Origin: Saccostrea echinata
Lineage: Eukaryota
DNA length: 64,000 nt
Reading direction: 5' to 3'
Assembly: GCF_033153115.1 (NCBI RefSeq)
Contig: NW_026889808.1
Span: 496,001-560,000 of the forward strand
Every line of letters starts with the position of its first letter. Position 1 is the stretch's first letter. Below the pieces are notes generated by a model, which was not told the origin of the DNA, ran no database searches, and saw nothing but the letters and a program-made list of their open reading frames with translations. Below, one piece after another: positions 14,289 through 23,160 of this stretch. Both the position numbers and the translations under genes were made by a program.

Positions 14289-14511
14289 TGCCATAAATCA
14301 GATCACTACTTCAGGCTACATATTCGAATCCAAGCATGATAGGGAGTTAGAGAGAAATCGAATTATTTGTGAATAGGCAGAAACCACTCCTTGATATCTT
14401 CAACTTCATGAAAAGCAAAACAATTTCGCCAAATCATATAATATCTATATACAAAGAGGGCAAAGGATTTATAAATGGACAAAATTCGCCTTTTGGCATT
14501 TCTACGCAGCC

Positions 14512-17500
14512 ATGTATTGGTATTCATTTTTAAATACATTTCTGGCGGCCTTGTTTTATATTTTTATGGCACATGGAAATGAAATGGGCAATGGTTGCAT
14601 ACCAGAGTGTAAAGTCACTAAGACCAATATAACTGACAACCATCTCCTCAGCCAAAATGATAAACCCCTGAAAACAGTTTCCATATCATTGTTCCTTGGA
14701 CTGAAAGAAAATAACTGTTCCATTAAGAATCAATGTCTTTTGAATAGCACAAGGATTTTGGAACACTACAACTTTAGTGATGATTCTATTGTAAGTGTTT
14801 TTAACTTTCAGTGCTACACGCCTCTTATAATACAAATAACACCGTACACCGGTAGGCATAGGCCAAATATTATATCATATATCCAGGTGATAAAATGTCA
14901 GATGACAGAAGAATCTTTTTACATTCTCGGAAGCATGGTTCTTCCTTTTCACGTGCTTTTGATGGACACAAATCTTCCAACGATTGAAAGTAAAGGCACG
15001 AACAAATCAATGTGCAACCTGATGAAACAAGTGACAACACTATGGATATTTAATAAAGCTTCACAAGATAATGTGACAGACTTGGAAGACATTATAAACA
15101 TGTTTCAGTGCAATCATGACTTTCCAAATATGAAAGATTTGACCATTCAGAACGTTAAGATCAATACGTCTTTATTCGATTTCAGTGCGAAATTTCCTAA
15201 TCTAGTTTCTCTGGAACTTTCACTGACGGGACTTCAAAATCCAATTCAATTTCCTTGGAGTGATTCATCTCCTTTACTCAGTTATAATCTTTCATCTTCG
15301 GAATATCTGCTCAATCACTATGCTAAATCCTTACACATAACTGTAGAAAAGCATCATTTTCGTAGATATCTTAATCTGAACATGAATAATATTTCTATCT
15401 TACAGAACTACGAATTCGAAGGCAGGCTACAAGCACTGAAATTCTCAGGAAACGGACTAACGGAATTACCAGAGAATTTGTTTCAGAAATTGAAACAGAT
15501 TGAACACATTGATATAAGTTTAAATAGCATAAAAAGACTCCCTTCCTCTTTATTTCGAGAACTTCCTTTGCTCAAGCATCTTGATTGCCACTCTAATAAT
15601 TTGACAGAGATACAGATGGATCTATTTATTGATAACAAGGAATTAATCTATATGGACTTTTCACGTAACAGAATCGAGAGAATCCATAAAGATGTTTTCA
15701 GATTCATGGAGAATTTGCAAGAGTTGCATTTACAAAATAATAATATAGTTTCATTGGAAAATGTGGAGTGGCCTTTCTATTCGACGAAACTGGAATTTTT
15801 ATATTTCGACGAAAATCCATTGATCCACCTACCAGACGTAGTATTCTACCTTAGAGCCATCAAACTGGCCAGCTTTAAATATACGCAAATTCATTTCACA
15901 AACTTTACTAAATATGTGAATAATCTAGAATATAGTTCGATAGCCGAACAATTAGTCAAAGGCTCCGTGCCCAAAAATGATCTTAGTTATAATGTTATCG
16001 TTAAAAATCCAAACTTGCTTCTCGATAATATCCTCGATAGAAACCGAAAAATTGATCTTACTGGAAGTAAAATAGACAACTTAAATATCGAATTTTTCGG
16101 AGAGCAACGAGAACTTAAGGAAAGATCAGGTAGAATGAAATTAAAGTTACTCTTGATTTTAAAGTACTTTGAAATCATTTTAGAAGGAACTCATCTTCGA
16201 TGCGATTGTGGTATTACACACCTTAGTAGACTTGTGGCAATCCTCGAGAAGGATGGTTTGCTTGATGGAAAGGAGTATTTCTTCAACGATTGGAAATGCT
16301 CCACTCCCCAAGAATTTAAAGGGAAAAACATGCTGAAAATACAAGAATCAGATACGTATTGTGAGAGAACTATTACAAACTGCCCATCAAATTGTACTTG
16401 TTATTCCAGATCGATAACACACATAACGATTGTTGATTGTCGAAATCGACTATATCGGGACTTGCCCAAAATTTTACCGGAGGGTATTCTCGACCTCTGG
16501 TTTCAGCATAATAACATATCTACGATCAATGAAGAAAATTTACAGTATCTACCGAATATAAGACAACTTCTTTTATCCGAAAATCAGTTAACAAGAATTA
16601 GTGATGGAGCCATAAGTAAAATGACTCTTCTTAGTACGTTGTATGTGGATTCCAATTACCTTGTTTCTCTTCCTAGGGCACTCAGAAATATGCGGCTGAT
16701 GTCCATGAATTTCATAAACAATCCATTAAAATGTGACTGTCATACGAAATGGATAAAACACTGGGTTCTAAAGAATAGCGATGTTGTGGAACGTGTGTCA
16801 GACATCACATGTAATGTAGATGATGAAGCAGAAAAGGGTAACTTTTTGATCCGAATTCCAGATGAAGATTTCGTTTGTTTAGAAGACTTTGACTCAGTTA
16901 AGCATGTAGTCATACCCAGCGTCACCAGTTCCTTGATACTGGTACTTCTCATCATTTTGCTGTGTTTGATGTATGTTTATAGGCTAGAAGTAAAGGTTTT
17001 ACTGTATATTTACTTTGGAATCCATCCATTTGATAAAGATGATAAGGATGGAAAAGAAATCATTGATGTTTTGGTTCTTCATGCCCCGGATACGACGGAA
17101 TGGGTGATGGAAAATGTTGTGAAGTACTTGGAATTTCAGAAAGATTATTACGTTGTGTGTGAAATGATGAGAGATTTTGTCGCTGGTTTTACCTATATGG
17201 AGAACATTGCAAGCATTGTAAAACATAGTAAGCGAATGCTGATAATTCTATCCCCCGAATTTATCGAAGACGACTTGTTAAAAGTAGCTTGGAATGAAGC
17301 GCAAGAAAAGATCAAAGAACTACGAACCAACTACGCCATTGTTGTGTGTCATGACGTAGTCTTGAAACAAGTAATGATAAAAGATATGCAGAGATATATT
17401 AAAAGAGGGCGATATATCGACGCAAATCAGGCGCTATTTCATGAAAAACTACTATACTCCATGCCACAGTATGAGGACCAGCATGGTAGAGTTAAAAGTC

Positions 17501-18243
17501 TTCCCGATATTAAAGACTTTATTCAGGCAACATACGGGGAAGAGGGATTCAATAATGACATGTACAAAAGACATGCTTTTGTTTCCTATTCCGATAGTGA
17601 AATGCCCTATATTATGAATGAATTAAGACCAACATTAGAAAATAATGGATATTTCTTATGCCTGCCTGATCGGGACTTTGTACCAGGTGCTTCAAAAGAG
17701 GAAAACATTTTAAAGGCTATTGACAGTTCCTTACATACATTGTTCATTCTTTCTGGTAACCACCTCGAAGACGAGTGGTCAGTTTTTACATTCAGAATAG
17801 CCAGTGAAAAGTCTTTACGTGTCCGAAGTAATCATTTAATTGTTATCATTGGTGAGGATGCTGACCTAGAAACCATGGACGAGGAAGTTCGATTTTACAT
17901 CAAAACTCACGTGACTCTCAGAGTGAACGAGAAGTGGTTTATTAAGAAGTTATTAAACTCTTTACCAGAAGTTGACGCTCCTATCCTTGATGTGAATGAC
18001 CAAGAGGATGATGATATTAAACACAATGTGCGCCATAAGCATCAGAAAGAAAGGGAGCCCAGGAGGGTGGTGGCTGAAATCAATCATTGTGCATATGACG
18101 ATAATGGGATTGTTAATGGTATGGGAAATGGGTATGCAGGAAACAGGACGGTTAAGTTTATTAAGAACGATAATCATGCTTATGTCAATGATGAAGACTA
18201 TCAAATTGAATTTACAGACATTTCCTTAGACGATGATGTTTAG
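14512..18243 (+). CDS. Toll-like receptor (multi-cysteine-cluster type) with two tandem TIR domains, paralog A, 1243 aa
   Basis: Good Kozak context (gcagccATG); signal peptide MYWYSFLNTFLAALFYIFMAHG; LxxLxLxxN repeats; LRRCT (CDC...WKC) + LRRNT (CPSNCTC...VDC) + 3-4 LRRs + second LRRCT (NPLKCDC); TM ~16906-16980; TIR1 ~17056-17466 (CEMMRDFVAG); TIR2 ~17560-17967 (HAFVSYS, CLPDRDFVPG); acidic tail. Single uninterrupted ORF. Confidence 0.95.
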   Translation: MYWYSFLNTFLAALFYIFMAHGNEMGNGCIPECKVTKTNITDNHLLSQNDKPLKTVSISLFLGLKENNCSIKNQCLLNSTRILEHYNFSDDSIVSVFNFQCYTPLIIQITPYTGRHRPNIISYIQVIKCQMTEESFYILGSMVLPFHVLLMDTNLPTIESKGTNKSMCNLMKQVTTLWIFNKASQDNVTDLEDIINMFQCNHDFPNMKDLTIQNVKINTSLFDFSAKFPNLVSLELSLTGLQNPIQFPWSDSSPLLSYNLSSSEYLLNHYAKSLHITVEKHHFRRYLNLNMNNISILQNYEFEGRLQALKFSGNGLTELPENLFQKLKQIEHIDISLNSIKRLPSSLFRELPLLKHLDCHSNNLTEIQMDLFIDNKELIYMDFSRNRIERIHKDVFRFMENLQELHLQNNNIVSLENVEWPFYSTKLEFLYFDENPLIHLPDVVFYLRAIKLASFKYTQIHFTNFTKYVNNLEYSSIAEQLVKGSVPKNDLSYNVIVKNPNLLLDNILDRNRKIDLTGSKIDNLNIEFFGEQRELKERSGRMKLKLLLILKYFEIILEGTHLRCDCGITHLSRLVAILEKDGLLDGKEYFFNDWKCSTPQEFKGKNMLKIQESDTYCERTITNCPSNCTCYSRSITHITIVDCRNRLYRDLPKILPEGILDLWFQHNNISTINEENLQYLPNIRQLLLSENQLTRISDGAISKMTLLSTLYVDSNYLVSLPRALRNMRLMSMNFINNPLKCDCHTKWIKHWVLKNSDVVERVSDITCNVDDEAEKGNFLIRIPDEDFVCLEDFDSVKHVVIPSVTSSLILVLLIILLCLMYVYRLEVKVLLYIYFGIHPFDKDDKDGKEIIDVLVLHAPDTTEWVMENVVKYLEFQKDYYVVCEMMRDFVAGFTYMENIASIVKHSKRMLIILSPEFIEDDLLKVAWNEAQEKIKELRTNYAIVVCHDVVLKQVMIKDMQRYIKRGRYIDANQALFHEKLLYSMPQYEDQHGRVKSLPDIKDFIQATYGEEGFNNDMYKRHAFVSYSDSEMPYIMNELRPTLENNGYFLCLPDRDFVPGASKEENILKAIDSSLHTLFILSGNHLEDEWSVFTFRIASEKSLRVRSNHLIVIIGEDADLETMDEEVRFYIKTHVTLRVNEKWFIKKLLNSLPEVDAPILDVNDQEDDDIKHNVRHKHQKEREPRRVVAEINHCAYDDNGIVNGMGNGYAGNRTVKFIKNDNHAYVNDEDYQIEFTDISLDDDV

Positions 18244-20081
18244 TTCATACTTTATATCTTTTCATTGCTCACCAAAAAAGTTTTACGTTATTACACGTAT
18301 GAATGAAATACTCATTTGTTCTGGGTGCTCAGATTTTGATTTTTTAAATGTATATTCTGAAAGTCAAAGGAGAGTGAAAATTACTTAAATTATTAAATAT
18401 ATTTTCTTTCTGTTTTCTCTTTTAGTTTAGGTAAATATACGAAACTCAATTTTTGTCGGCATAACAACAAATGTTAATTCCATATGTACAATTTGGAGTC
18501 AATAACTTACGAAAGGAAAATGAGATTAATCGTCGTAAGCAAAATGTTACCTGGCTTCAAGATCCTGAAGCAATTTAAAGCTTAAATCCGAATTTCATGT
18601 ATTGTCATAACATTTCATTATAGAAAGCACATAAAATTTAAAAAGTTTTAAAAATCATTTTTCTTTCATGTTGTTAATTTTAATTTTGACTGTCAGTTTA
18701 TAATATTCTTTTTTACGAATGTCTGGAATTTTAACTTAAGTCTAAGACTGCATCATTGTCCCAAAGCCGGAGGCTAGTGAAGGGCTTCCTGCATGGACAA
18801 AATATGGCTCTCAATGCAATTGAGAAATGAGGTTCTTTTGGAGTTGAACTATGTTCAATTTCCCTTGGCTTTCACTCACGAGCAAAACCACTGCGCGGGC
18901 AGTAAAGGTTATATAGCACCCTTCAGTGTGAGCCACTTTACTAAAAAGTGTACCATTACAATCAAAGGCAACTATATGCCTCCTCCAAAGAAATAACAAC
19001 ACAAAATCTTTACTTTTAATTTGACATGTTTTAAAAAAATAAAATAAAATTAGTTAAAACGAATAAATATACAAATTTATAAATTCCTACTTAATGAAAA
19101 AGGTGACGATAGCGAATTGGACAGTGATCGATCTTCTGTGAACAGGACATAAAACACGCCTCCCCCCCCCCATCCCCTGGAAATTCCTTAAATAATTGAC
19201 AATTCAACTCCCAGGAATACATTCTATACTGTTATTTTAACTTGCGTACGCCTACAATGACACTGGATTTAGATTTAATTCCTCGAAAGAGCGCAATTTT
19301 CTTTTTGATGTGCCGAAGGCTGGGAGAAATATGGAAATATTCTTTGGTTAATTTCAAAGATACTGCCATGATATTCATCATTTATTTAACTGTTCGATGG
19401 ATTCGATGGATATTTAGAAGTTTTAAAGATTGCAGATTGATGGCTGAAATTTTCATATATAATATTGAATCTTTTATATTGAAATTTCAAAAGAGTAAAA
19501 GAGTTACCCAGAGTAAAATAGTGTTACTCGGTTTATTTTTCCACGATAGAGTACTTGGGAATGTGACATATCAAAATCTTCACCAGTAATCACCATCAAA
19601 AAGTTTTTGCTACTTCATAATTTTGAAAGGGAAAATGCACCTGGCAAGATTTGAAGCATATTTGGAAGTAGGAATCTGTATCTAACTGATCCCTACACAT
19701 TTTATCAAGTTATCAAGGAAGAGAGTTAGTAAGCGTTAGGTGACGCTATACACTTATTATGGAATAGTCAGAATGATTTATAGAATGTATCCTTGTGGTA
19801 TAATCCATGCAGGTTAATATTAGATGTATAGGGGCTTTGAATGATTCTGCAAAACTATTAAAACCTTATCACTCATCCAGAAAATAAGGGCACTTGCAAT
19901 ACAATTTAATACAATCCCTATTTGATAAGGAATGACAAAGCATGATAAATAATGCTGGAAATGTATCTGTGTCAAATGCAGAAATTGGAAAAAATTGCAA
20001 CTTTAAGGACATATGACACACAAAAAATGGATGCCTGGAATGATATATATATATATATATATATATTTTACTTCGGTTCTA

Positions 20082-21110
20082 ATGAAAAAAGTGAATTTAA
20101 CAGTGATCGATCTAAAAAAAATCTATAAACAATAGAAATCTGTGAAGAGGGCATAAACACGGAAACCCTGGAAATTCCAGAGGTGGGTGCCTTGGAGGAG
20201 TAAGCATCCCCTGTTGACCGGGCATACCCGCTTTGAGCCTTATGTATTGATCAGGTAGACGGAGCATTCGGTAATCATGTTCAGTATAAAAACAAAGGCC
20301 TAACAATTGTTATGAAACACGTTTGCCAAAATATGACCCAATGATAGGTTACCTTTGCTAACAATGTCATTATTATGACCATAGAACTTACGAAATTCTG
20401 ACTTTAAACGAAGTTCTTGAAATCCCTGTAATATTAACTTATTTGTCAGTAGCCTCCCTCTGTTTAAAAATTAATCGTACTCGGAGTATGCTCCTGAGTA
20501 TGGAATAAGTTGGAAGATGTTAACACCATATGCAGGATATTACTACATAAATAAGGAAAGTTGACGAAGGAAAAGCCGAAGTTTTCTCGTTTGTTATACA
20601 ATTTAGTTGTTTGTTGGCCCTTTTCAGTAAAATATCCAAATATGAAACTGATGTGGCGGACTCTGGGGTGTCTTTTATTCAAGTTCAATGGGATATATTG
20701 AGTCGAGATATGAACGGAAATAACTATTGTTAATTGATAATACGTCGTTTATCTGAATGTCGAGTTGAAGGCCACTGCAAGTGTTATTTTTCTCACGTAG
20801 AAGTTTTTGAAGAAATTCTACTGTAAGGGACAGATCGGTTAATAAAGAAGCACAATTATTGCCCATCTGAATTCCAACAGCTTGTTGGAAGGCCTGGTCT
20901 CCGAAGACTACATAAATGCTGTCAACGAGGAACTCTACTATCCTTTTAATATCAAATTTTTGTATGTAGAATCAGAGTCATTCTTAACAAAGTAATTTTG
21001 TTAGTGACGAATTGCAATCACAAGATACCAAAATTTCTGACTTTCATTTTTATTGAAGAAGCAGTTGTCTATGATATCAAAAAGTTTAGTTTTTAATTTA
21101 TCGTCAGGAA
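20082..21110 (-). mobile_element. Decayed Penelope-like retroelement, 5'-truncated
   Basis: IPDDKLKTKLFDIIDNCFF, MGNNCASLLTDL, FSFVNFPYLCSNI, plus the family 3' UTR. Confidence 0.85.
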
Positions 21111-21913
21111 TTGGTTGTACCAATTGCGTCCCGTTATAAGCAGACCTTTTTTTGTATTCATATGAAGCAGAATTTGTCCAAAATCTTGTACGTGAAAAAG
21201 AAGAAAACACTTGCTGTGGCCTTCAACTTGACATTTAGATATATCGACAACGTATTGTCAATTAACAATGGCTATTTCCATTCTTATGTCGATACGATAT
21301 ATCCCGGTGAGCTTGAGATAAAAGATACCACAGAGTCTGACACATCTCTTTCATATTTGAATATTTTACTTGAAAAAGACGTTAATTGTAATCTAACAAA
21401 CAAGCTTTATGATAAACGTCAACTTCCCTTACTTATGCAGTAATATACCTTCATCACTTGCATACGGGTAATATATCTCTCAGTTGATTCGATACGCAAG
21501 AGCATGCTCTACGTATGAAAAATTTCTAAAACGAGGTAAATTATTGACAAACCAGTTGATGAAACAAGAATATCAGCAGTCTCGTTTAAAGTCATTTCGT
21601 AATTTCTATGGTCGATACAATGACCTTGTCAGCAAATACAATTTATCATTGAGTCAGATGCTGACTGACGTTTTTCATACTAATTGTTAGGCCATTATTT
21701 ACATACTGAATTGTCGACGGATTTTTCCGTTATTACCCGATCATGACAAGGAGCACACGGCGCGTGTGACCCATTCGCCAGGGGATGCTCACTCCTCCGT
21801 GGCACCTCATCCCACCTTTAATGTTTGGAGGTCCGTGTTTGCTCTGCTCCTATTTTGTATTGTTTAATGAACTTTTGAGCTTGAATACTGTTCGTTATCT
21901 CCATATATTTCAT
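21107..21913 (+). mobile_element. Decayed Penelope-like retroelement, 5'-truncated (best-preserved copy)
   Basis: FRYIDNVLSINN...LYDKR, LIRYARACS...VFHTNC* (stop 21688-21690). No C-terminal GIY-YIG before the stop, consistent with an N-terminal-EN (Naiad-like) PLE. Confidence 0.85.
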
Positions 21914-22097
21914 TGTTTAAATTGTAGAAAAGTAGTATGTTTTGGTGTTACTGACTTGAGAAAACGGATGATTTTAAATTTTCTAAAGTTTTTTGGAGGC
22001 TTTGAGAATCCACATTTGATTTACACCACTTCTAGAATATGTTGTAGTACAGTACGTCTGAACTTTCCCCTTTACAGCAGTTAATATTTTTGTAAGA

Positions 22098-22407
22098 ACC
22101 CTAACCAAAAAAAAAAAAAAAAACAACTACTATCGTTAATTATAGTAAATCAAAGTGTCAAAGTGATCACTATAGTAAATCCACGTTTTCACCATAGTAA
22201 ATCAAAGTTTTCATAGTGATCACTAAAGTAAATCAAAGTTTTCGTAGTTATCACTTTAGTAAATCAAAGTGTCAAAGTTATCACTTTAGTAAATCAAAGT
22301 GTCAAAGTTATCACTATAGTAAATCAAAGTTTTCATAGTGTCAAAGTTATCACTATAGTTAACTATAGTAAACTATAGTTAACTATAGTATTTTTTTTTG
22401 TTAGGGT
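22098..22407. mobile_element. Foldback/MITE-like element with internal minisatellite
   Basis: TIR accctaac(c)aaaaaaaa / tttttttttgttagggt; interior tandem units of ctatagtaaatcaaagt(gtcaaagt). A related degenerate copy lies at ~23510-23863. Confidence 0.7.
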
Positions 22408-22825
22408 CGAGTGAAGATTGGTGCTTGGTAGAGCAATGCTGAATCCTTCAGTGTGTCTCTGTTTGTATGGAATTTTATGATATTAAGGAATCCAGCCAAG
22501 GTAGTATAGATCTAGGTCACCTTGGTTGACTGGAATCAGAAGTATTAAATATTCTAAATGATGCGAATATCAAATTTCTAAGTTATTAGGAAACTGTATA
22601 CTTTGATGATGTTTAAATTTCAACCTTTTCGCAGTTACCCTTTTAGATGTATTAACTTTTTATCACTTTATAGGACATTATTGTAAAACTTTGAACTAAA
22701 AAATTGAATCTATGTGGCTAAACCTATTCATTTTACTTAAATAAATATGAATTTAGTTTTAATTACCATGACTTTAAAAAAAAAAAGTTTGTGTCATTAG
22801 TCCTTAAGACAGGCTGGACGTAGTG

Positions 22826-23160
22826 AATGAAATGTGAAAATAACAAACAGTAATCAGGCTCAAAAGGCCAATTAAACAATACAATTAATATAAGAGAAAA
22901 CACGAACCTCGGAAACATAGGTGGGATCAGGTGCCATGGAGGTGAGCATCCCCTGTTGACTGGTCACACCTGTCGTGTGCTTCTTGTCATCAAAGAGTAA
23001 AACTCGTAGTCAATTCAGAGTGAAATTTATGGCCTAACAAAATCATTGAAAGCCGCTGGTCAACAATTCAACTCAACGATATATTATACCCCAACAAAAA
23101 GTACAGAAGTAAACTAAATGTTTACAATAGTTAACAATGGACTTTTCCGAGAAGCGCTGA
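22826..23160 (-). mobile_element. Penelope-like 3' fragment
   Basis: ggtgggatcaggtgccatggagg...ggtcacacc. Confidence 0.7.

Noticed and set aside
20082-21913. Hammerhead ribozyme in the Penelope-like ends
   Set aside because: I could not find a CTGANGA...GAAA core with suitable stems in the repeated 3' region.
22140-22390. Regularly spaced short repeats resembling a CRISPR array (also 25990-26540)
   Set aside because: No unique spacers, no cas genes, eukaryotic context, and bounded by TIRs: these are transposon-internal minisatellites.
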